64,000 nucleotides of DNA from Candidatus Krumholzibacteriia bacterium (GCA_963836185.1 CAWIIQ010000002.1:192001-256000); one strand, 5' to 3'. Shown: positions 30,247-38,807, counted from the first letter of the stretch. The notes: generated by a model not told the origin, from the sequence alone. Made by a program: numbers and translations.

Positions 30247-30509
30247 TGTAAAAAACAGTTTACTGGCAATCAATCCTGCCGCAAGGTATGTGCCACCATC
30301 AAGCGAATAAGAATATAGTGCGTAACTATCATTAATAGAGACAGATAACCCAAACATTAACGCCGGCCTCCGGAGGTGTCTTCGCTTGACAAGCCCTATT
30401 TAGGTAAAGAATGCTTTACAAGCCCACAGTCAATATTAGTTAACCATCTGTTAAATCATATGATGCTTCACTGTAAAGTAATTATAGCATATGTAAACAA
30501 AAGTTTCCA
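30247..30509. promoter_or_regulatory. Three TGTAAA-N6-TTTACA-like boxes (candidate enhancer/operator sites)
   Basis: 30247 TGTAAA-AAACAG-TTTACT; 30403 GGTAAA-GAATGC-TTTACA; 30492 TGTAAA-CAAAAG-TTTCCA. Confidence 0.55.
30281..30295 (-). promoter_or_regulatory. Sigma54 promoter of the GAF-bEBP gene
   Basis: Minus strand TGGCACATACCTTGC, full TGGCAC-N5-TTGC consensus. Confidence 0.8.
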
Positions 30510-30576
30510 CTTTATATCTTAAAATATTACATCACAGCCGATTTCGTTTACAAAATTACACAAGCTGGCGACTGAC

Positions 30577-30606
30577 TTGACCTGGCTATCACGGATATGG
30601 TAGAAT
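30577..30606 (+). promoter_or_regulatory. Putative sigma70 promoter of the small secreted protein/TPR-bEBP operon
   Basis: TTGACC-18-TAGAAT with TG extension. Confidence 0.5.
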
Positions 30607-30705
30607 TGTATAACAAGAAAGCGATGCTTCAGGCGGTTTGATACAGGGTAGTTCGCTCAGGTAATTGAAATCCGGTCGCGATTGTGTGCGACAGGAGCGA
30701 TGCTA

Positions 30706-31071
30706 ATGAGAATCTGTATCAGTCGCCTCTTTTCTTATTCTGTCCTGGCTCTGATTGTCGCCATTTTTCTGCTTTCGCTCTCCAGTGCGGCATATGCCAG
30801 GTCTCCCAGAACAGGAATCTATTCGATCTTCGATGATATCGTCGAGGCTGACCCAGGCGAAGATCCGCATCTGAAGGTCGACCCTGTGGTGGAATACGGG
30901 ATTCCCCTGTATCTGCCTGAAGGGACATCCTTATCTATGACAGATCGTGTGGACAAGGAGATTACAGGGGGACATAAGGCCACTGGTTACAAGGCAGGGA
31001 CGGGAAGATCCCGCGTGAAAACTAAATTGTTGAATACGCTGCAGATCCTGTTCGGACCATTATTCAGATAG
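30706..31071 (+). CDS. Small secreted protein, candidate signalling pro-peptide
   Basis: AGGAG RBS 8 nt before ATG 30706; signal peptide ending AYA; acidic EADPGEDPH core; basic amphipathic C-terminus; 19 bp before the TPR-bEBP. Confidence 0.7.
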   Translation: MRICISRLFSYSVLALIVAIFLLSLSSAAYARSPRTGIYSIFDDIVEADPGEDPHLKVDPVVEYGIPLYLPEGTSLSMTDRVDKEITGGHKATGYKAGTGRSRVKTKLLNTLQILFGPLFR

Positions 31072-31090
31072 TCCGGAGCCGACCGACACC

Positions 31091-33547
31091 ATGCGTAAAC
31101 GACACGAGTCCGTGGAAAGGTATATATCCCATGCGCAGGGCCACCAGGCCACCGGTGACTACCGGAGTGCGCTCAAATCGGCGAGAGACGCGTTGACCGC
31201 TATCGAGGGGCAACCAGTCTCGTTCGAGATGGAGTCGCGCGTCCTGCTGCTGGCGGCGAGGAACGCGTACTATCTCAGCGGATTCGATGAATGTACGATC
31301 TACCTCGATATGCTCAGCGAACTCATACGATCCGTCAGTGTCGATGCCAGCTGCGAGCGTTATGAAGCGTCTGTGATCAGGGCGAACATTTTCAGGCGGC
31401 AGGGGGAATACCGTGCCGCGCTCGATGTGTTAAGCGACATCGACGGATCGGTCGAAAGCTGCCTGGCAGGGGCTCTGACGGGAGAGAAGTATCTTATCGA
31501 AGGTGCGTGTCACTACTTTCTGAAGGATACTCACCGCGCGAAGGAAATACTGGAAACCGCCCTCGGACTTACTGCCGGCGTATCGAGCTGGAAACTGAGG
31601 GCCAGGGTCCTGACGATGATGGGGCTTGTCCTCAGGCGCCTCGGATTCATGAGGAAAGCCGCTGACGACCTGCGCAGGGCCGCTGCCGCATGTTCAAAGA
31701 ACAATGACGAATATGGTCTTGCCGCCGCGCTCCTCAATCTCGGGATAACGCAATACCACGTCGGCGACATCGAGGCTGCAGAAAGATCCTTTATAAAGGC
31801 CTCTGCGCTCTTTGAACGCATCAACTGGCATATCGGAAGATGCAGATGCCTCATCGCCCTCGGAAACACAGCCAGGATGAGGGAAGCGCTCGATGAAGCG
31901 CTGGAACTCTACTCGGACGCATCCAGGCTCGCGAAGGAGCAGACATACCAGCGTGAGCTGGCGCAGTCCCTCTCGGGTATCGCTTCGCTCCACACAAGCA
32001 GGAAAGACTTCACTCTCGCGAGAAACTGTCTGGTAAAGGCGCGTATGATCGCATCGGAGATCGCTCCTGATGGGGACCTCGCCGCTGAGGTAACGCGGAA
32101 GATCGGTGAACTGGAGATAGTCGAGGGCAATATTCAAAAAGCGATGTACCGTCTTGAGGAGGCAGAGGGGTTAGCGAAGGGGCAGGATGCGCCGCTGGAA
32201 CTGGGGCTTGTCTACCGGTCTATGGGAAAGGCCGAGACCGGCCGGGGAAATCTCGACACGGGAAAGATCCTTTTTAAGCGCTCGAAGGACCTGATAAGGA
32301 AATCGGGAAGTACCTATGAGCTGGCCAGGACATGTCTCAAATATGCCGAGACCCTGATCTCGTCAAATGGAGCGGGACTGTCGCACGGTATTCCAGGAAA
32401 GAAATACACAGATGAACCATGGAGCCTTCTCTGGGAAGCGCGGCACCTGTTCGCCGGGATGCACGCTCAGCACATGGTCGATCGTATCGATTGTCTGCTC
32501 GGCAGGGAAGAGCGAGGCAGTACCACACATCCCCGGATCGATGAAACCGCCGTTGCCGGCTCCGGTATGATCGAGGTCGGATTTTCGCTCGATTACAAGG
32601 TCTGTGACGGCCTTGTAGCAGTTTCGCCGGTCATGCAGGACGTTTGGGACAGGATCCAGTTTGCGGCCTCCTACAGAGGCACTGTTCTCGTGACTGGAGA
32701 GACAGGCACAGGGAAAGAGCTTGTCGCCAGGCTGATCCACAATGCCAGTGACAGGGCCCAGGGTCCGTTTGTCGCGGTCAATTGCGCCGCGATACCTGAC
32801 CATCTTTTCGAGAGTGAATTCTTTGGTCACAGGAAAGGGTCGTTTACCGGAGCAGTGATCGACCGTCGGGGCTTCTTCGAGGAGGCCAGCGGAGGAACGC
32901 TTTTCCTCGATGAAGTAGGAGAGCTTTCCACACTGCACCAGGCCAAGCTTCTCAGGGTGCTGCAGGAGGGGAAGATCAGGCGGCTGGGAGAGAACATCGA
33001 ACACGAGGTCGATATAAAGCTCGTATCTGCCACGAACCAGGATCTCGGGAGTAAACTCGATGACTCATCGCTGAGAGAGGATTTCTTCTTCAGGATCAAC
33101 GCCGAAAGGATACATATCCCGCCATTGAGGGATCGCAGGGAGGATATAATCCCGTTGATAAGCTGGCGGCTCTGTGGAAATGGAAATGGCAATAACGGCA
33201 GGACGGTGCAGGTCGACCGTGATGTCGTCTCTCTCTTTCAGAAATATCACTGGCCCGGTAACGTCAGGGAGTTGATCTCGATCGCTGACAGGCTGAGCTG
33301 CTTTGCCAATGATTCTCCTATTACGATCGACATGCTGCCTGACAGGATGACGGGAGATTCAACGGTTCTGCCCGAATGGAATCTCCGCCAGTCCGGTGCC
33401 TGCGATCGTCAAAGGCTTGAGAGCGCGATGAGTATATGCAAGGGCAACAAGAGCGCAGCCGCACGCTGGCTCGGGATATCAAGAGGCAAGCTGTACAAGG
33501 AGCTTAAAAAGACAGGCCTGTACAGATTCTACCGCACCGCAACGTGA
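31091..33547 (+). CDS. TPR-repeat sigma54-dependent activator
   Basis: ~460 aa of helical TPR-like repeats (AALLNLGITQY, CLIALGNTA), then GETGTGKE, GSFTGA, WPGNVREL and HTH GNKSAAARWLGISR. Confidence 0.9.
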   Translation: MRKRHESVERYISHAQGHQATGDYRSALKSARDALTAIEGQPVSFEMESRVLLLAARNAYYLSGFDECTIYLDMLSELIRSVSVDASCERYEASVIRANIFRRQGEYRAALDVLSDIDGSVESCLAGALTGEKYLIEGACHYFLKDTHRAKEILETALGLTAGVSSWKLRARVLTMMGLVLRRLGFMRKAADDLRRAAAACSKNNDEYGLAAALLNLGITQYHVGDIEAAERSFIKASALFERINWHIGRCRCLIALGNTARMREALDEALELYSDASRLAKEQTYQRELAQSLSGIASLHTSRKDFTLARNCLVKARMIASEIAPDGDLAAEVTRKIGELEIVEGNIQKAMYRLEEAEGLAKGQDAPLELGLVYRSMGKAETGRGNLDTGKILFKRSKDLIRKSGSTYELARTCLKYAETLISSNGAGLSHGIPGKKYTDEPWSLLWEARHLFAGMHAQHMVDRIDCLLGREERGSTTHPRIDETAVAGSGMIEVGFSLDYKVCDGLVAVSPVMQDVWDRIQFAASYRGTVLVTGETGTGKELVARLIHNASDRAQGPFVAVNCAAIPDHLFESEFFGHRKGSFTGAVIDRRGFFEEASGGTLFLDEVGELSTLHQAKLLRVLQEGKIRRLGENIEHEVDIKLVSATNQDLGSKLDDSSLREDFFFRINAERIHIPPLRDRREDIIPLISWRLCGNGNGNNGRTVQVDRDVVSLFQKYHWPGNVRELISIADRLSCFANDSPITIDMLPDRMTGDSTVLPEWNLRQSGACDRQRLESAMSICKGNKSAAARWLGISRGKLYKELKKTGLYRFYRTAT

Positions 33548-33601
33548 CAGATCTTTCTGTCCTGACTTTTCAATATCATCCACATCCTGAATCAGAAAAC
33601 A

Positions 33602-33709
33602 TGTTCATGTTGTTCATGTCGTGAACAGTCTTGTCTTCCCCTGCAACACTCAATCCCGCAACAGGTTGTCCCCCGTCATGTCCGTTTCCCGGAAACAGCA
33701 TGAACAACA
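33602..33709. promoter_or_regulatory. Candidate upstream activator sequence
   Basis: Palindrome TGTTCA-N5-TGAACA (33611-33627) with extra half-sites at 33602 and ~33701. Confidence 0.5.
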
Positions 33710-33837
33710 GAGCTGGAAAGGAGCCGCTGGCGCAGGCACATATGGCCGCGCCGCGTACTTTCGTATCGCAATACTTATAAGATGGTTAGGGGAGCGGATG
33801 TGCCGGCCGGCATGATGGATTACGGGCAGTTTCTCTC

Positions 33838-33852
33838 TGGCACGAATGGTGA
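33838..33852 (+). promoter_or_regulatory. Sigma54-like promoter (variant -12)
   Basis: TGGCACG-AATGG-TGA: perfect -24 element, GA instead of GC at -12. Confidence 0.5.
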
Positions 33853-33914
33853 TATTGGTATGTGTATCAAACCGCGTCACGGCGACGCTTTCTGAAAGGC
33901 CGGACCAAATTGGT

Positions 33915-34086
33915 AAGGTGTTTCGAATAAGAACCATCCGCTTTCTACGGTGCCGCTCTGAGTCCCCCCATCGCGCAACCATACCGTAGATAAGGTGGTT
34001 CTTATTTTTTTCTTCTACAGTTGCGCGATTCGAGGAGGCGGTTCCATTGGATCGGTGAGCACGGAAACGGGGGGACGAATCACCTT
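33915..34086 (+). ncRNA. Highly structured, possibly pseudoknotted leader RNA
   Basis: Five complementary pairs: 33915-25/34076-86, 33926-38/33994-34006, 33944-51/33983-90, 33962-69/34069-76, 33970-79/34020-29. Confidence 0.6.
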
Positions 34087-34101
34087 TTACTGGAGGATAA
34101 C

Positions 34102-34785
34102 ATGATATCGAAAGGTTTCTTCTTTCTGTTTCTGTCGCTCATCCTGATCTCAGTCGTTTCGTGCGAGCAGTCGCTCGAACCGTCCGGATCCGATGATGTT
34201 GAGATGTCCCTGGAGGACAGGCTGGAAGTCAGTTACGACGAAACTCAGACCGAAGATGAAATCGCCTCGTTCAGGATCACACCCAGTTGCTCGATATTCG
34301 GTAGGCTGCTGGAGGATAAGGGCTATCATATCCAGCCCGAAGACGCTGCTCACTACAGGGCAGTCGATCCAGCCACAGGAAAGACCGGGCATATGACGAT
34401 GATACCGTGTTCCGTTCCTGGCGATGAATCAAGGATCGCCATGATCAAATACTTCCGCGGTGAGGATGGATATGCTGTCACTGCAGCAGAGTATTTTGAG
34501 GCTGAGGATTTCGAGATAGTCCATCCGCTCGATGAAAGTGCAGGAATATTGCTGCTTGGTGATGACTCCGATCTTGATCTCAAACTCGACCTGCTCGAAC
34601 GGAGTGAGCGTTCCAAGCGTTACTGGCAGTGTGTCGCGACCAAGTTCATGGCCGGGTGTGCCGGGTGCGCTACCGTCTGCTACATCACGGGGCCTGCATG
34701 GGGTGCGTGTACAGCCAAATGCTGCGCCGGTTCCGCTGTCGTAGCTATGGTTGCCTGTGCGGCCACTGTATACCTGGGGTGGTGA
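34102..34785 (+). CDS. Lipoprotein with C-terminal 8-Cys hydrophobic bacteriocin-like (halocin C8-like) domain
   Basis: GGAGG RBS before ATG 34102; lipobox VVSC; acidic pro-region; SKR followed by YWQC...GCAGCATVC...CTAKCC...ACAATVYLGW. Confidence 0.65.
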   Translation: MISKGFFFLFLSLILISVVSCEQSLEPSGSDDVEMSLEDRLEVSYDETQTEDEIASFRITPSCSIFGRLLEDKGYHIQPEDAAHYRAVDPATGKTGHMTMIPCSVPGDESRIAMIKYFRGEDGYAVTAAEYFEAEDFEIVHPLDESAGILLLGDDSDLDLKLDLLERSERSKRYWQCVATKFMAGCAGCATVCYITGPAWGACTAKCCAGSAVVAMVACAATVYLGW

Positions 34786-34788
34786 GTG

Positions 34789-35121
34789 ATGAAATCATCA
34801 AAACGGATCGTCTATTGTTACCTGTTCTGTTTTCTCCTGATAGTAACGGTCGATCTGCTGAGTTCCGGCGATATGTCCGGTGAAAGGATGTACCTTGTAC
34901 TCATGCCGCTTCTGGCTCTATCGCTCTTTCTGTTCAGCGACTTTACGCCAGAGGGGATCAAAAGGAGGATCAAAGGGTATCGCTGGTCGATAATGGTCCT
35001 GCTGATCGGTATCACGACGAGTCTATTTATAGACAAGACGTTGTCCGCTGGAGTGGTGATACTTGTGAGTTCGTTCACGGCACCGTTTCTACGTATAAGG
35101 AAGTATGCCGATCAGGATTAG
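34789..35121 (+). CDS. Small 4-TM membrane protein, candidate immunity protein
   Basis: ~110 aa with four hydrophobic segments; starts 3 nt after the preceding stop. Confidence 0.6.
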   Translation: MKSSKRIVYCYLFCFLLIVTVDLLSSGDMSGERMYLVLMPLLALSLFLFSDFTPEGIKRRIKGYRWSIMVLLIGITTSLFIDKTLSAGVVILVSSFTAPFLRIRKYADQD

Positions 35122-38100
35122 GACTTGAGGCTTTTTACAAAGTCAAAGACCTGCGTTCTCAGCGGCACCTGGAGGTAGGAAGATATCTGTTCAGAATTGT
35201 CGAAAGCCTCGGTTATCTCCTTGAGGGTATTGATAGATTCCCTGCTGTATTTGACCGAGTTGGAGATATCGCCGGCCTGCTTGTAAAGCCGCGCAAGCTC
35301 AAACTGGATCTGCCATGTCCACTCCCTGGTCCCGAATTCTCTGGAGACATCGATAGCCTCCAGCATCGGGGCCAGGGATTTCGAATTATCGTGAACCTCA
35401 CTCAAAGCGATGACGTAACTGTACAGTGGCTTGAGATACCCGCAATTGATCTCCCTGAATATCTTCGCCGCCTGCCTGGCGTAATCACGAGCTATCTCAT
35501 GGTCCCCCATGTGTCGATGTGTGAGGGACAGCTTTAGTAATGCTTCGAGCAAGTCGTCCTTGGCGTTGGCTCCTTTGAAAATGTCGGAAGAAATAAGGGC
35601 ATGATTTATAGCAGTCTTGAGTTCAAGATTGTAGTAGGCTGAATCGGCATGTCTGAGCTCCAAATGTCCCAAGCCAATCTTATTGTTGTATTTATGAATT
35701 GATTCTTTTGATGTTTCTGTGAATTCCTTGTATTTGTCATGATATAGACTCCCCATAAGCAAGAATGCTCGAGCTCCTGTTGACGGAAATGTTGGGGAGA
35801 TCGCCGATACATTATACTTAGCTATATATTGAGATCCTTCAAATATTAAGGCTATTGCTTCAGAGAAATTAGCTATGGATATATGTCCCAAGGCCTTGTT
35901 TGCGAGAAAAACAATCAAGTGAGAATAGGCTTGGTATATCTTTGCCAAATGGCACGCCTTGTCCAGTATGCCAATCTGATCGTTGAATTTACCTTGAATA
36001 TAGTTCAGTCCGGCAAGCCCGCTCATGTGGTCAATGCGGCTAATTTCATCGCAACTGAGTTTGTCTAAAGCTATCATTTTCCCTAAGACTGTGTGGGCAG
36101 TATCATATTCTCCTGTGTAGAATGCTTTAACGTATTTCGAAAAGTAAATTCTATCTGTTGTTCTTAGATCACTTTCGTCAAGAAGGTCGTCTAACTCAAT
36201 ATCGATTGCATTGTACTTTTCTGCATCACCGGAGAATGTGTAATAATACATTGCGTTAGAAATCGCCCTGATATACTGAGCTGGAAGGATATCTTTGGCA
36301 GTTGTGGCAGCTGATTCAAGGAATGAGACATCGTTCAATACTATTCCTAGCGAAATGAGCGCTTCTGATTCGATGATTGCGTTTGAATTATTTCGAGCAA
36401 TATCTAGAGCCCTGTTATAAAAATTAACCGCCTTTTTCGAATTGCCTTTGTAGTATTGTTCGATATATCCCAATCTATTGTAGTACTCTGCTTTAGATTC
36501 TTCATTAGGGGCCATATTAAGCAGATAAGTGTAATTCTCAATGGAATCATCAACATATCCGAGAGTTAGTTCTAAAGGGGCAAGTTTAGAAAGAACAGTG
36601 CTTCTGATTTCTGGTAAATCTTGTGTATCAATCAAACTTTTAAGCGATAGTAATAGGTTAAAGGCTGAATAATATTCGTGCTGTGCCATGTGTTCATCAT
36701 GTGCCTTGATTGTATAACTATATGACTGTTCAATATCTCTGGCTTGAATGAAATGATTAGCTATCATTGGGAAGTTCTCTGGGTCGACCTGAATGGAATA
36801 GTATGCTAGATCTCTGTGAATCGAAGTGGATTGGTCATCTTGTGTGTTTCGAATGAGATAATTTTTAATAATTGGAGATAATAAACGACTTAGATTATTT
36901 TTCGATTCAATCAAGTCTGCTCGCTCAAGGCTATCAATTACAGGTGCAATATCAAAAGACATAAAAGTATTGAGTATATTTGTTTCTATAGGATTGTTAT
37001 GGGCGGAAAGTAACTGTAGGACATATAACTCATCTGTGCTTAATCCAGCAACTATTTGATCTGCCAGATCATCAAAGATCTCTGCGGATTGGTAGGTGCT
37101 TAATTTTTTGTGATTAACAAAATAGGCCCTGCCTGTCTTTGAAATAATGTCGTTTAGTATTAAGAAATTGTAGTAATCGATTATGTATAGTGGAATCCCA
37201 TCTGTAAGCAATAGAATGTCACTATATTCTTTTTTGCTGAATATGTCGGATTCAAACAGTGCAGTAGAAAGTGTTTTTAGCTCGGCATTGTTGAATCCTC
37301 GAATAGGCAAAGAGTAGGCGTTATTGGCAAGAGAGGCTAACTGTGTGTCAAGTGCGTCGCTGTGAGGGTAATCTGTGGCATGGGAAAGAATAACTTTTAC
37401 ATCAGCATTTAGATATTCGATTTCATTGATGAGATGAGTAAGGAATTTCAATGAATCAAGTCCACGACGCTCTATATTAGAAATTGTAATCAGAACTGGC
37501 TGATCTTTTGAAAGGGTATAAATATATTCGATGATGTTGCTATACAATACTCCGAGACTATCTAAATCTCTAGAGTCCTCGTATTTGTTAATGTTGGCTA
37601 CCAATTTGCCATGCTGAACAGAAAGCTTTTTGCGTGAAGTTAATGATAGGTTTGTGGCAATAGAATCGATAATGTTTTGAAGGGTTAGTCTTTCCGGTTG
37701 CGGCTCAATAAAGCTTATAACTTTGTATTTCAAGAGTTGAGCTTTGCTGATCGCTTTTATTAGCAGTGATTGTTTGCCCATCCCAATAGGGCCTTCTAAA
37801 ATAATCGTCCTCTCATGCAAGTCAGCACCCTCAATGAACTGTTCGATTGCTGAGTCAACGCCCTCGCGCAATACATGCTTAGTACTATTGAAATTGTATG
37901 GTATTGACGAGGGTGTGATGATTGAAGCCAGATTCTGTATTGCTTGCGAGGGTGTGGCTGGGCGAAGTGCGATGGATGGATTGGAAAGTCTGACAATATA
38001 CGAGGCAAGATTTCTTGGATGTTCAATCCCAGAATTCTGGAATAGTTGGCTCAGTGCTTCGTATGCAGAACTTAAATAATCATCCGTGAGGTTTGGTGCT

Positions 38101-38702
38101 AGTGGTGTTTCATATTTAAGCAGGCTTTCCATAAGTGTGTGCCCTAGTGCATAAAGGTCACTGCTGGGTGAATAATTTCTGGAAGAGATGATTTCTGGGG
38201 CTAAAAACCTGGGCGTTCCAAATAGTTTGTCGTTGTCTGTAAGTGCGATTGTTGATAATCCAAAATCAACTAAAACAGGACATAAATTACCATCGCCTGC
38301 TATAAGAACATTCTCTGGTTTTATATCTCCATGGATAATATTTTCCCTATTGAGGTAATGAAGTGCTTCGAGAATACCTGTGATTATAGCGGAAGTGGAT
38401 AACACGCGATCGGGAGATTCAAAGAAATCGTTTAGATTGGGGCCATTAATAAAATCCATGGTGAAGTATGAATGCCCCGATTCGCTCTGGCCAAAATCGT
38501 AAACACGAATCAGATTGGGATGATTTAGTGGCGTAAGAGTTGAGAATTCGTTTTCAATAGAAGCAGTTAGTGCTGGTTCAATATGATTCAGGATTTTTAG
38601 GGCAATATTCTTATTGGCCTGAGAGTCAAATGCCTTGAATACTGTCCCAATGCCACCAGATCCTATTAGAGGAGAAATTGCTGTATCTTGAAGGAAATCC
38701 AT
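35118..38702 (-). CDS. Ser/Thr protein kinase fused to degenerate STAND-like ATPase and TPR repeats
   Basis: GSGGIGTV, ALK, HGDIKPEN, DFG, GTPRFLAPE, SDLYALG; GPIGMGKQ; TDGIPLY GxP motif; C-terminal TPR-like helices. Confidence 0.88.
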   Translation of the reverse strand: MDFLQDTAISPLIGSGGIGTVFKAFDSQANKNIALKILNHIEPALTASIENEFSTLTPLNHPNLIRVYDFGQSESGHSYFTMDFINGPNLNDFFESPDRVLSTSAIITGILEALHYLNRENIIHGDIKPENVLIAGDGNLCPVLVDFGLSTIALTDNDKLFGTPRFLAPEIISSRNYSPSSDLYALGHTLMESLLKYETPLAPNLTDDYLSSAYEALSQLFQNSGIEHPRNLASYIVRLSNPSIALRPATPSQAIQNLASIITPSSIPYNFNSTKHVLREGVDSAIEQFIEGADLHERTIILEGPIGMGKQSLLIKAISKAQLLKYKVISFIEPQPERLTLQNIIDSIATNLSLTSRKKLSVQHGKLVANINKYEDSRDLDSLGVLYSNIIEYIYTLSKDQPVLITISNIERRGLDSLKFLTHLINEIEYLNADVKVILSHATDYPHSDALDTQLASLANNAYSLPIRGFNNAELKTLSTALFESDIFSKKEYSDILLLTDGIPLYIIDYYNFLILNDIISKTGRAYFVNHKKLSTYQSAEIFDDLADQIVAGLSTDELYVLQLLSAHNNPIETNILNTFMSFDIAPVIDSLERADLIESKNNLSRLLSPIIKNYLIRNTQDDQSTSIHRDLAYYSIQVDPENFPMIANHFIQARDIEQSYSYTIKAHDEHMAQHEYYSAFNLLLSLKSLIDTQDLPEIRSTVLSKLAPLELTLGYVDDSIENYTYLLNMAPNEESKAEYYNRLGYIEQYYKGNSKKAVNFYNRALDIARNNSNAIIESEALISLGIVLNDVSFLESAATTAKDILPAQYIRAISNAMYYYTFSGDAEKYNAIDIELDDLLDESDLRTTDRIYFSKYVKAFYTGEYDTAHTVLGKMIALDKLSCDEISRIDHMSGLAGLNYIQGKFNDQIGILDKACHLAKIYQAYSHLIVFLANKALGHISIANFSEAIALIFEGSQYIAKYNVSAISPTFPSTGARAFLLMGSLYHDKYKEFTETSKESIHKYNNKIGLGHLELRHADSAYYNLELKTAINHALISSDIFKGANAKDDLLEALLKLSLTHRHMGDHEIARDYARQAAKIFREINCGYLKPLYSYVIALSEVHDNSKSLAPMLEAIDVSREFGTREWTWQIQFELARLYKQAGDISNSVKYSRESINTLKEITEAFDNSEQISSYLQVPLRTQVFDFVKSLKS

Positions 38703-38753
38703 ATCTGTCAGTCATGGAGTAGCGATTCTAGTTTGTATGGGAGAAAAATCAAT

Positions 38754-38784
38754 AAAAAAACCCTCTCCGGGGAGAGGGTTTTTT
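38754..38784. terminator. Bidirectional intrinsic terminator
   Basis: A7-CCCTCTC-CGGG-GAGAGGG-T6. Confidence 0.85.
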
Positions 38785-38807
38785 AAGGTTCAAGTTACGA
38801 GTTAATA

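Noticed and set aside
30264-30279. Plus-strand TGGCAATCAATCCTGC as a sigma54 promoter
   Set aside because: Spacing is GG-N11-GC, one base too long
33602-33709. CRISPR-like repeats
   Set aside because: The units are only 6-11 bp, irregularly spaced and partly inverted; no cas genes
33915-34086. Retron msr-msd, cobalamin riboswitch or tRNA interpretation of the structured leader
   Set aside because: No reverse transcriptase in the window, no B12-box/GGGAA motifs and no cloverleaf
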